This document shows, in pieces, positions 24,921 to 36,745 of a stretch of DNA of 48,704 nt. The stretch is from Octopus bimaculoides (Eukaryota): contig NC_068987.1 in NCBI RefSeq assembly GCF_001194135.2, positions 88,488,776-88,537,479 on the forward strand. The letters run 5' to 3'. Made by a program: the position numbers and the translations under genes. Positions within the stretch are counted from its first letter, which is position 1. Each line of letters begins with the position of its first letter. The notes beneath the pieces are model-generated. The model did no database searches and had not been told where the DNA came from. It was given only the letters and a program-made list of their open reading frames with translations.

Positions 24921-25369
24921 TATATATATATATATATGTTGTGCGCGCGTATGTGTGCATGTATGCATAAATATACATAAACACAAGTACTGATACATTT
25001 TTACAAACAAAATACATACATGCATGTGTATATGCATTGCCTGTGCACACAGCACTTAAGTGGCACGAAAATAACAACGATTACGGCTTCCACTTTTCAC
25101 TCGGCGTTTCTATATTTTAAATCAACACAAAACTATTTTCGTCAAATATTTGAAAATTTTCTTCTTTTTGAAAATAACGATTTCTTATTTGTACTGTGAC
25201 AACATTCTGTCAGCTTTGAAGTGATTCTCTTGATGTTTTATCGCTTCTAATTTTGAATGATTTGATGAAACATTTCTATTTGAATATTAAGATATATGTA
25301 ATGCTAGTTATGATTTTTCCCCTTCTTTCTATAACCCACGATGGAGAAGCCAGTGGTGATGGTAAGAGT

Positions 25370-25545
<176 letters not shown>

Positions 25546-26050
25546 AGATGATTGACTGGCGGTGAACTAGCAGCTTGTGGGGCAGGTAGTTATGAGTAGG
25601 CAATTAAATACAGTAAAGAGTAGAAAAAAGATTCATACTTATTATGGCAAACTAAATACATACATATAAACATACATACACACTCACATACACACATACA
25701 GACATACATATACATACATAACGTACATACAGATGTACATGCATATCTACAGATGTACGGCAGGCAAATGATTTGATTTGTGGTCGTCTGTTGGAACTTA
25801 ACAAGAAACATATCAGTCATTAAAGAAAGCAAAATGTCTTTTAACTTCATTTAAACATGTATTTTTTTATGTGGAAGTTACCGTCGCACCAACTGCGACC
25901 TGGTCAGTGATACGGTTCTATAGCAACTTTAAATTGCGCTTTTGTATTTTGAGAGGGGCAGACGTGATACTATGAAATGAGACAAGTATAGAAAAGGATC
26001 GAATGAGAAGGTCTGAAGAAAGATAGAAAAAAGAAAGATAGAAAAAAGAA

Positions 26051-26117
<67 letters not shown>

Positions 26118-27215
26118 NNNNNNNNNNNNNNNNNNNNNNNNNNNNNNNNNNNNNNNNNNNNNNNNNNNNNNNNNNNNNNNNNNNNNNNNNNNNNNNNNNN
26201 NNNNNNNNNNNNNNNNNNNNNNNNNNNNNNNNNNNNNNNNNNNNNNNNNNNNNNNNNNNNNNNNNNNNNNNNNNNNNNNNNNNNNNNNNNNNNNNNNNNN
26301 NNNNNNNNNNNNNNNNNNNNNNNNNNNNNNNNNNNNNNNNNNNNNNNNNNNNNNNNNNNNNNNNNNNNNNNNNNNNNNNNNNNNNNNNNNNNNNNNNNNN
26401 NNNNNNNNNNNNNNNNNNNNNNNNNNNNNNNNNNNNNNNNNNNNNNNNNNNNNNNNNNNNNNNNNNNNNNNNNNNNNNNNNNNNNNNNNNNNNNNNNNNN
26501 NNNNNNNNNNNNNNNNNNNNNNNNNNNNNNNNNNNNNNNNNNNNNNNNNNNNNNNNNNNNNNNNNNNNNNNNNNNNNNNNNNNNNNNNNNNNNNNNNNNN
26601 NNNNNNNNNNNNNNNNNNNNNNNNNNNNNNNNNNNNNNNNNNNNNNNNNNNNNNNNNNNNNNNNNNNNNNNNNNNNNNNNNNNNNNNNNNNNNNNNNNNN
26701 NNNNNNNNNNNNNNNNNNNNNNNNNNNNNNNNNNNNNNNNNNNNATATATATATATATATATAAATACATGCATACATATATGTATACACGTGTATGTAT
26801 GTATGTATAGATAGATGTATAAACTGACAGACAGACAGATGTACAAGGAGGCTGAGCGAAAGATAAAAATAGATAGAAAGATACGTAGACAGATAAATAG
26901 AAAAGATAAATAATAATGAAGTAAGGAAGCTTCTTGAATCATTAAAATCAATGAAATAGAATGCATGAATTTAAAGAGAAAAAACAATGTGTAAAAGACA
27001 AACTGGGAATATACGAAGAAAATGGATCGAAGCTGGTAGAAAAAAGCATTTTCAAGAATTGTTGAAAGAAAACAAATAAAATGCATCAATTTTGACGAAT
27101 AAACGATTTCCAATCTTAAATAATTTATTTTCCATTTCTTGCGAAAATTTTTGGTCACCCATCTCTCAAACCGAACTCATTTTATAATCATTTTTACGTA
27201 TGCGTGTGTATGTAT

Positions 27216-27748
27216 ATTTTGTTCAGTTTCATTTCAAGATTTCTTGCCAATTGAGAAAGAAACGGTTTGTAACCTAGATCCAAGCTCCTTCATTGGAATG
27301 TCAACATCAACACAAGATATTTTGTATGTATGTATGTATGTATGTTTTACAGATTTTTACAGTTCCAGTGATGGATTGGATCTGTAGTCTTCGAATCAGC
27401 TTTCTCCTTTCTGGTTTTGAGAAGCCTAATTTCTCAAGATTGGTATTTCGGCAGTAATTACAGGTATAAACCTGAACTTGTTATCTGGAAAGAGTAACTA
27501 CAGATTTCTCAATAGTTCAGCGTAGGTGTTCTCTTTTTCACTGATCTTCAGCTTTATGTTAACATCCGCTGGGCAGCCGATTTTCCACAACTGTGCACAG
27601 TTTCTCTTCTCTATCCCAACTCAGTCTCTCAGGTCTATTGTGTTTACATTTTTTTTTTAGGTCTTCACTGACCTCAATAAAATGTATTCCACCAGTATTC
27701 CTTTTTATTGTGAGTGACTGTTGCTTCTACCATACTCTGAGTTCTTAA
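27216..27748 (-). mobile_element. RLE-type (R4/NeSL-like) non-LTR retrotransposon 3' fragment, (TACA)n-associated family
   Basis: NKKEYWWN..KCKHNRPE..WDREEKLCTVVEI.CPADVNIKLKISEKENTYAELLRNL..FIPVI..NLEKLGFSKPERRKLIRRLQIQSITGTVKICKT (PD-D/ExK nuclease), plus 3' UTR. Confidence 0.85.
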
Positions 27749-28040
27749 TGTATGTATGTATGTATGTATGTATGTATGTATGCATGTATGTACGTATGCA
27801 TGCGTGTATGTATGTGTGGATGCATGTGTGGATGCATGTGTGTGGATGCATGTGCGTATGTATGTATGTGTCTATGTTTGTATGTATTTATTTATGTATG
27901 TGAGTGTATGTCTGTATATATGTATGTATGTATGTCTGTATGTATGCATATGTGTATGTATTTATGCACGTCTGTATATGTATGTATGTATGTATGTTCG
28001 TATTGTTCTTATGTATGTATATATGTACGATGTATGTATG
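27749..28040. repeat. Degenerate (TATG)n array
   Basis: Direct read. Confidence 0.93.
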
Positions 28041-28319
28041 ATGGAATAATTTCAGGATATAATTTCAGGAACGAAATATATTGTACATTGGTGATATGGA
28101 TAATATTTTCTTTATACTCAAGATAAGCAAATGTATACATGTATATGCAAAAAGACTGCGCAATCGCACAGAAATACTCACATAATGCCTCACCGCATAT
28201 CTTTGCACATATTTACATACATATTTGCTTGCATACAGATGTAAACACACGCGCACAAACGCACACATATGTATATACTCACAGGTATGCATAAACATAT
28301 ATAAACACACATATCTACG

Positions 28320-28440
28320 TTTAGCGTAGCTCGAAACGTTAAAGACTTTCTCTATTCCCGAGCGTTATACTAATACATACTTTTGTTGTTTACACCACCT
28401 GTCCTCGTCAGTTTTTTAAATTTCTTCGTAAATTCTCTCA
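28320..28440 (+). mobile_element. PLE-type tail family 2, 5'-truncated hammerhead motif
   Basis: AGC-GTA-GCTC-GAAACGTT-AAAGACTTTC..CCCGAGCGTT..CTAA, homologous to 2715-2830. Confidence 0.55.
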
Positions 28441-28700
28441 TATATATGTATGTATATCGGTAGTACTATACAAAAGTGCCGTAAGTTCAAAACGTTGCTT
28501 TTTTAGAAAACGTAAAAATAGTTTCACCATTCTATTTCTTTTTACATTAGCAACAGTCTCAGTTTAACAATAATACTTTGTTGGAGGCATAAAATCACAA
28601 CTCCATGAATGTATGATATTTTCAGTCAGAAATATTTTTGCAAAACTGCCGTATGTGGGACTTACTACTCTTCTGAAAAATGTTAAACCGTTGTACTATA

Positions 28701-28997
28701 GGAGTAAAGATTATTTGCCAACATAACATGGCAGTACTGGTTTAGGACGAATGTTGCTATAATTCAACCCCAGGAGACATCGTCTCCAGCTGGCTATACG
28801 ATACGATCTTTGTCCTTATATTTTCGAACGAGGGAATCTAGTACCCTCACTCAACTCAAAACAATATCTGTGTATCGCGATTTCCAGGTTATTTCCCTTC
28901 ATCAGCACAGAATAATTGTTCGGCTAGAGGTGGCGCTGTCAAATTCCATACGAAATATATTGTTTTCAAAGTTATGTTGGCAAATAACCTTTACTCC
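28701..28997. mobile_element. MITE with 27-bp TIRs
   Basis: GGAGTAAAGATTATTTGCCAACATAAC versus reverse complement GGAGTAAAGGTTATTTGCCAACATAAC (1 mismatch). Confidence 0.75.
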
Positions 28998-29210
28998 AAA
29001 GTACTGTCGCTGAATATCTCTCGTTGTGAGATTTATAAATAGTAATTTCATTGTACTATACTTTGACGATTTTTATCTGAAGTAGCTGGAGACACGATAG
29101 TTTGACCAAAAGAACCGGCTATTACAAGCAGAATTAAATGTTGAAAAAACGCATTTGGCCAAATTTGGACATACGACAGTTTAACGTAATAGCAACGATA
29201 TATAAATATA

Positions 29211-29451
29211 CAGGGTTGGCCAAAAGTCACCTGACAGTAAATGAAAATCCATTTATTTCCAAGATTAAAACAAAAAAATATTTTATATGAAACTTCACTA
29301 ATAAATAGACGAATGCTGAAAAAAACAAAACAAAACAAAAAACTGCGATTTTAACTCACAGCATTCAATTATTAAACATTCATAATTGGAATTCAATATT
29401 AAGTATTTATGGAATTTTGATTTACTCTCGAGTAACATTTAGCCAACCCTG
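29211..29451. mobile_element. Tc1/mariner-type MITE with TA TSD
   Basis: TA|CAGGGTTGGCCAAAAGTCACC...TAGCCAACCCTG|TA; about 38-bp TIR with 7 mismatches. Confidence 0.85.
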
Positions 29452-29473
29452 TATAAACATAGAAATGCATTCG

Positions 29474-29767
29474 TTACTGAATATTACATATAATATATAC
29501 AACATTGCATTAATATCACTCAGCACTAGTCGTATATGTCCATATGGAATGCAGTCAAAATCTCTGCAAATTGATATTTTGAATCTCCGCATTTTATACC
29601 AAGATTGAAATACTACAAAAATTATTTTCAGTCTAGATATAAAATGCGCAGATTCAAAAGATCATTTAGCAAAGATTTTGACTCTATTCTCTCGAAAATT
29701 GACCTCTACGGCTATTGCTGTGTGACATTAATGCAATGTTGTGTATAATATATGTAATATTCAGTAA
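29474..29767. other. Long imperfect palindrome (about 140-bp arms, about 15-nt centre), foldback/MITE-like
   Basis: TTACTGAATATTACATAT..CAACATTGCATTAAT..GTCAAAATCT..TTTTGAATCT..GCATTTTATA..TGAAA recurs in reverse complement. Confidence 0.85.
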
Positions 29768-29991
29768 TAAACAACTGATAATGATGCGTTGAAACAATTG
29801 TAGTGATCTACTATACAACCTTAGAGAACATTCCTCTCGTATTAATACACACACACACACACACATACATATACATACATATACATATATATATATGCAT
29901 ATATACACACACACACACACACATATATATATATTTATTTATTTGTGCGCGTGTGTGTGTTTATACATACATGTATATATATATATATATA

Positions 29992-31418
29992 CTAGCATTA
30001 ATACCCAGCGTTGCCCAGGTTAAAGAGACTAATGAAATTTAAAAACGCCGTCTAGATTACGCAGGTCTCAACTGCTAGCAGCTGAGATACCAAATTTCTA
30101 CATTAATAACTCTCCAATCCATGCCAGCATAGAACATTGACGTTAAGTGAAATGTTAAAAGAAAGTTTTCAACTCACATATGTACATAAAGTAAATACGA
30201 GTAATTAAAAAACACGTTTTATGTAGCTTATTTCGTAACCAAAAAACAGGTACAGGTATAGATTATAAACAATGAAAGGCCGATTTTTGGTGATTCATTT
30301 GACAAAGGTAGTACAGAGCCAATCAGATGATAAATCTGACCTTGGATCCTGGCTCAGTTAAATCTCTTGTGGCTTTAAATGATGTCATCTACAGTGCAGC
30401 GTTGTATTGTCTAATTTTGTTTTGGAAGTGCTTGGAATCTTGGTCGGTTGATGACAGCAGTTTCTTAAATGTCTCTGGAGGTTGGGGGATTGCAGGGAGT
30501 TTAACCTTTCCACCACTGCAGCACAGTGCAGGTGTCTTTCCAGGCCACTTCCTTGCTTTACAATGTATGCACTCAGTTGTCATTGCACCAATGGAAACTC
30601 TAGTGTCATCTGCATAATGAACTGCTGTATCATAATTGAAAGCTGCTTCATTGAAGTTCTTTCTCTGAGCTGTTGCAATTGCTATTCGTTCTACAGTGGA
30701 GATCCTATTCCTTTCAGCCGTGCATACCACGTCAAGTGCAAAAATACTTCAGATTGAATCCAACCCAGGTCACCACACCTTTCCATTACCTTCCAATAAC
30801 ATAATACAGAACTACAATTCACATCAAAATCTTTAGTCTTCTTTTATGTCTGTCCTTGTCTAGGGACATACGCTGATCTTTGAAATCATGCTGTAACGTG
30901 TTCCATTCCTATGAATGACAAACGTTCAGACATTCAAAGCCTCATCCTATCATAGTCTCGTCCAACATCTCAAGAGTGACGGTGACAGCCATTTGCAACA
31001 ACCTGCTCTCACACCTTGAATACCTCTTCTTGATGACCACTCGTACAGTTTTCATAAAACCAGATCTATTGGATTGGAAGCCGTTTAGCTTTCCCCTCTC
31101 GCCCTCGAGAAATTTGATGAAAACATTGTTGTTGAACCTGACATCAGCAAAGAAAGTTTCAATTATGTCAGGTACGCGAGTCCTCTGGAAAAATTTCCCA
31201 TTTAGAATCTCCTTCCGTTCCTGATCTACTGGATCAGTGACTTCCTTTCACATCATATTATCGCACCTAATTCAGAGGGAGAATTTACTGACCCGCACTG
31301 TATTAGATATGGTGTGCTTCACGGCACTTATGCACGCGCGCGCCCAACCAACCACCGCCCTTCCACTATTATGCTGAAGTTTTTCTATTTTACCTTTCTA
31401 CAACTTCCTGCTTTTAGA
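29992..31418 (-). mobile_element. Internally deleted Helitron
   Basis: The minus 3' end is CCTGGGCAACGCTGGGTATTAATGCTAG|T (hairpin plus CTAG). The putative 5' end is A|TCTAAAAG at 31418. RepHel N-terminal coding sequence lies inside. Confidence 0.8.
30340..30730 (-). pseudogene. Helitron Rep/helicase N-terminal fragment (CxxC..CC zinc motif)
   Basis: IGAMTTECIHCKARKWPGKTPALCCSGGKVKLPAIPQPPETFKKLL..SKHFQNKIRQYNAAL*MTSF, the typical C..C.A..W..E....CC..GKV.LP...F..NIR.YN..FQMTSF motif. Confidence 0.88.
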
Positions 31419-31699
31419 TATCCTATTTCTAATTTTTGTCAAATATAACCAGTTCATTTTTCCATCTCTTTGAGTGTCACACCCTTTGTATACATACATA
31501 TGTATTTGTGTGTACACACACACATACACACATGTATATATATTTATGATAAATTGAGATGTAGCGTGCTAAACGTAGTAAGCTATAAACTCTCAATTAA
31601 TTAAAACTAATTAACTAAATCTGGAATGCAGTGACGGGTGAGCGTAAGATTTAGCAATATGGCTGCAATATTTTTCCTCAAGAGACCTTTCTGCGCACT

Positions 31700-32060
31700 A
31701 AATATTAAGATAAACAAAGTTCGTTTTTAATCTAAACTATACTCTCCTCCATTTTCTACAATGCTCTTCCATCTATCTGGTAGAGTTGCGAGACCCCGCT
31801 TCCAAAATTCATTTGTCCGAGAGGAAAAATACTCTTCCAGTGCTGTTCTGACCTCGTCTACGGAATTCATATTTTTTCCGTCCAAATGATTTTGAAAACT
31901 GTGGAATAAATAATAATCAGATAGGGCAATGTCCGGCGAATGTGGTGGGTGGGGTATCGTTTCCCAATGAAACTGTTGCAGCCTTTGGAATGCCATCCTC
32001 GCTGTATGTGGCCGAGCATTATCCTGATGGAAGAACACTTTTCGTTTTGAAACCAAACAT
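31700..32060 (-). mobile_element. Mariner transposase C-terminal remnant (DD34D type)
   Basis: FHQDNARPHTAR..WETIPHPPHSPDIALSDYYLFHSFQNHL..F..RGL..LPDRW..IVEN.GEY. Confidence 0.93.
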
Positions 32061-32159
32061 GGTCGTTTTTGTTCTAGCAGTGACTTAAGCCGCTCAAGCA
32101 GCTTGCAGTAGATCTCTTTTGTAATCGTTTGGTTTGGGTTTTAAATTTCAAGGTAGACT

Positions 32160-32310
32160 AACATCGAAAAATAGCTTAGGAATGAGAACCCAGTTTCGAA
32201 ATTTCCCAAAGACACTGATGAAACGTTGTGTTAACAACAAACAAGATGAGGACAAATATCCGTCAAATGTAAATAATGTACATAATTCCTCATCCTTTAA
32301 TTTAGAACTG
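32160..32310 (+). mobile_element. Hammerhead-bearing tail family 1 (stem II deleted, no tRNA head)
   Basis: ACATCGAAAAATAGCTTAGGAATGAGAACC..GACACTGATG/AAACGTTGTGTTAACAACAAACAAGATGAGGACAAATATCCGTCAAATG, homologous to 39038-39155. Confidence 0.75.
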
Positions 32311-33924
32311 GATCACCATGGAGGAATCGACGTAAGCTTAAATAAAAAACCGTGATAGGTAAAACGCGATGTGGTGAGGGATTACTGCATGTCGTTTTTC
32401 TGTTCTAAAGTTTTCTAGCAACAAAGAGGGAAATTGCGAAGTCGATATCATTGGCACAATAATGTAAAATATTAAAAGGCAATTAATTAAACATTTTCTT
32501 GTAATGAGAACAAAAGTCATAATCTTAATGACTAAAATCTGTTGTAGAAACGAACCCAGAAGTAAGTTAATTACTATTAATTAAAACTGGAATGTAGGCA
32601 CTCTGTGGAGTTTGGTCGATCCTTTGTTGTATTGTGACGACACTGAACATTTGTGAACAGAAACTTCTTAATCTTATAAACAAATCTGAAAGCTTATGAG
32701 AAATGCGATGTGCTCTCTCTCCCTGTGTGTACACACACACACACACACANNNNNNNNNNTATATATATATATATGTATGTATCTTTGCATATATACAGTG
32801 AAAGAAAGAGAATCTACGCACTCACGCACACATACACACACATATATATGGATATGTAAGAAAGTATATGTAAGTATATATATCTCTCTTTATCTATTTC
32901 TACACACAAACACACAATTATTTACATACATGCGCTCACTCGCTCATATATATGAAATCTTGCGTGTGTTTGGTCTCATTATCTTAAATATCTTTCAAGC
33001 AAATCTCCTTTCTTAATGTTTTACGAAATGTCATGTTAGTTCCAATCGCACATCATTGATTTCATTTCATAGAATACATAATAACTGCAACGATTTAGGC
33101 CACACTTTGTTTGTACCTGATGAACTATTTTCATTTATCTTGCGATGAGTGGGAAAAAGAGAGAGAGAGAGAGAGAGAAAGAGATAAAGAGAAGGAGAGA
33201 ACATTTTCAACTGTTCTCATTATTTTTCACTCTTCAACGCAAATTTTTGCTCTACATTCTCTCTCTATATTGATTCACTGCTTTTCGCTAGTTCTTCCTA
33301 TTTCTATAAATATAATGATACAACTCTAAATCCGTAGCTTTATGTCAAGCAAAGAAGCTAAACAGATGAGATATTGAAAACCGTGTTTACATCATCGACG
33401 CCAAAATAAAAAAAAGTCGATAATCAGAATATAGCATTTTGATAATATGTATGATTATTTTATTTGTTCAAATTTTATTTTATTATATTTTTAGTCATAA
33501 ATTTCATTAATTAACGTCAACTGGCCTTGCTAAATTAAACGAAGATAGACTGGAATAGTGAATATAAATATAAATCATGTGTTTTCTGAATCTAAATATG
33601 AAATCAAATAGCGAGTCATTATCCTGGTAAAAATGAGAAATATAGCGAAAATGTTTGGTAGGAGATGATTGATACATGTATAAATACGCACATCCATAAA
33701 TTTTATATACACACGTCCAGATACATCCATAAATACATCTATCCGTTCATTCATAAGTATGGATATATATATATATATAAGGTGTGTGCGTAGGTATTTG
33801 AATGCATTCAAGTAATTCACTAGATTTAAATAAATAAAAAAAACTGATCACCGTGAGATAGAATATGGCGAAGCAGACCGTTGTTAATATGAGGCAGTGA
33901 ATATCTTTAATGGGTAGTGAGTGA

Positions 33925-33930
33925 AATGCA

Positions 33931-33964
<34 letters not shown>

Positions 33965-34054
33965 CACATACATACATACACATGCATACATACATATACA
34001 TACATACATACATACATATACATACATGCATATACATACATACATATACATACA

Positions 34055-34086
<32 letters not shown>

Positions 34087-34090
34087 GATA
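33925..34090. repeat. (TACA)n/(TA)n array
   Basis: Direct read. Confidence 0.95.
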
Positions 34091-34294
34091 TAGATATAAA
34101 GATATAGGTAAGAAGCTTGCTTCCCTACCATATAGATACACGCGCGAGCACACACATATTTGTTAGACAGAAACCGAAAGAAGCCTTTCGTATATATTAT
34201 ATATATGTTTAGAGAAACATTTTTTCAAAAAGTTAAGATTAAGAAAAAACGTTTTAGCGAGTAGAATTGTATTAACCTTTAGGAAGGAATTTCA

Positions 34295-34410
34295 CAAATT
34301 GCATATTTTTACTGTTTCATTCACAGATTGCACTTGTAATGTACGAATTCGCAGGTGGATTTTTAAAATCCCTGTTTATCCAGATTTTCCTTTAAGCATT
34401 TACAAACAAA
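34295..34410 (-). mobile_element. Short fragment of the RLE family at 34591-35036
   Basis: Near-duplicate of 34720-34845 (..[18 protein letters not shown]..). Confidence 0.75.
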
Positions 34411-34590
34411 ACCGACAGCCATCATGTATTTATGTATGTATGTATGTATGTATGTATGTACGTATGTATGTATGTATGTATGTATGTATGTATGTATGTA
34501 TGTATGCATGCATGTATGTATACAAGAGGTGGTCAGATTCTGCTTAAGGAGTAGACAACCACCATATGTGTGCATGTGTGTGTATGCATG

Positions 34591-35036
34591 TCTTTTTTAT
34601 TTCTTAATTATTATAAATCTTCCACCGAGAAAGGAGCCGGTTTCCAACAAAGATACAAGGCTCCATCTTTGGGATGTAGTTAACATAGACAAATTCACAT
34701 TTGGAATTTGAGAAAAGTTTTGCATATTTTTATTCCTCCACTCACAGATTGCACTTGTAATGTACGAATCAGCCGGTCGATTTCTCTTTCTGACAATCCC
34801 AGTTTATCCAGATTCTCCTTTAAGCATTTACTAACAAAACCTAGTGCTCCAGTTATTATTGGTATGAATATGAATTCATAGTTTGGATAAAGAAGCAGGA
34901 GGTTTCGAAGAAGCTGTCCATAGATATCCTCTTTTTCTTTGATTTTCAAAGAGATATTTATATCTGCAGGGAAGCTGACCTCTATGATGGTACATACCTT
35001 TGCCCCTCTGTCCCAAGCAACAATATCCGGCTTTTT
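34591..35036 (-). mobile_element. RLE-type non-LTR retrotransposon 3' fragment (restriction-like endonuclease plus 3' UTR)
   Basis: [88 protein letters not shown]. Confidence 0.9.
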
Positions 35037-35696
35037 ATGCATGCATGTATGTATGTATGTATGTGTAAATGTATGTATGCATACAAGTACGTATGTATGA
35101 ATGTAAGTATGTGTCTGCATGTATGTACGGATGAATGTATGAGTGTATGTATATATGTATGAATGAATACATGCATGTATGTTTGTATGTATGAATGTAG
35201 GTATTTACGTATGTATGCATGAATGAATTAATGTATGTATTCATGATGTATGTGCCTTGAACATGAATCTACAGTGCAGCAGTATACGCGTATGTGTATA
35301 TGTGTGTGTGCGTATGTGTATATGTGTGTGCGTATGTGTCTGTTTGTCGGCGAGAAATATATACATCAACGTACACAAAGAAAATTACCGACAAACTGAT
35401 AGGTCAGACACAAATTCCTGGCGATGGTTATTCCATCCGAATTGCACAGACAGTCTATTTTAACCCTTGCGATCGGGAAATACAGCGCTGTTGTTCACAA
35501 AATGTATGATACACGCGCACACACACACACACACACACGCACACACACACACGCACANNNNNNNNNNNNNNNNNNNNNNNNNNNNNNNNNNNNNNNNNNN
35601 NNNNNNNNNNNNNNNNNNNNNNNNNNNNNNNNNNNNNNNNNNNNNNNNNCACGCACACACACACGCACACACACACACACGCACACACACACACAC

Positions 35697-35835
35697 ATTC
35701 AGTCATTAGGTTGCGGCCATGCTGGGGCACCACCTTGAAACGTTTTAGTCGAACGAATCGACCCCAATACTTAGTTTTTTTCAAAAGCTAAGAACTTGGT
35801 CCTATCTGTTTCTATTACTGAACCGCTAATTTACG
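35697..35835 (-). mobile_element. SINE family A tail (D), partial
   Basis: TTCAGTCAT..TGCGGCCATGCTGGGGCACCACC..TAGTCGAACGAATCGACCCC. Confidence 0.8.
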
Positions 35836-36164
35836 CTGCTGGCATTCACTTTTGTTAGGCCAGGAATCTTGTCATTGTACGTAGATTGAATAGAGTTGTA
35901 TCAACATATTAATGAAAGTTTAGTAGCTTTTATTCTTATCATAACCAGGAACTAGTCGGAGCAGACGTTTCTCAGTGATTTATGATTTTACCTTGCTTCT
36001 TCAGAAATAGTTCCAGTTAGCGTTTTTTAAGCAGACTTTTAATCGGATAGGTCATGCTGAAGTATGACCATAAACTAGTTTCCATTCCACACTAATGCAT
36101 TCTTTTGCTGTATGGTCTGCAAATGGAGCAGTCCATGAATGTTGCAATTTATCATAAAACTTAA

Positions 36165-36546
36165 GGCGGCGAGCTGGCAGAAACGTTAGCACACCGGGCA
36201 AAATGCTTCGCGGCCTTTCATCTGTCTTTACGTTACGAGTTCAAATTCCGCCGAGGTCGACTTTGCCTTTCATCCTTTCGGGATCGATAAATTAAGTACC
36301 AGTTACACACTGGGGTCGATATAATCGACTTAATCCATTTGTCTGTCCTTGTTTGTCCCCTTTATGTTTAGCCCCTTGTGGGCAGTAAAGAAATAAGAAA
36401 CGTTAGCACGCCGAGCGAAATGCTTAGTGATATTTCGTCTGTCTTTACGTTCCGAGTTCAAATTCCGCTGAGGTCGACTTTGCCTTTCATCCTTCGAGCT
36501 TGATAAATTAAGTACCAGCTATGAACTGGAGTCGACTTAATCGACT
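36165..36546 (+). mobile_element. SINE family B dimer
   Basis: A full monomer plus CCCCTTGTGGGCAGTAAAGAAATAAG|AAACGTTAGCACGCC second unit; same junction as at 7610/7611. Confidence 0.92.
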
Positions 36547-36632
36547 GAGCGGTTGTAGGACACACACACACACACACACACACAGACACACACACACACA
36601 CACACATACACACACACACATGTTATTATTAC

Positions 36633-36745
36633 TACAAGCTTCTTTCAATTTTCGTCTACCAAATCCACTGCCAAGGCTTTGGTCGACCCGAGGGTATAGT
36701 AGAAGGCACTTGGCCAAAGTGTTACGCGGTGGGATTGAACGCAGC
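36633..36745 (-). mobile_element. SINE family A, partial, next to (AC)n
   Basis: AGCTTCTTTCAATTTTCGTCTACCAAATCCAC..GGCTTTGGTCGACCC. Confidence 0.82.

Noticed and set aside
32547-32560. Possible 14-nt microexon (TTGTAG|AAACGAACCCAGAA|GTAAGT)
   Set aside because: The length is not a multiple of 3, the branch point is too close, and there is no gene context.
35840-36150. Possible LINE endonuclease remnant (EWKLVYGHTS..PI..NANWNYF, minus strand)
   Set aside because: Too degenerate to support by eye.
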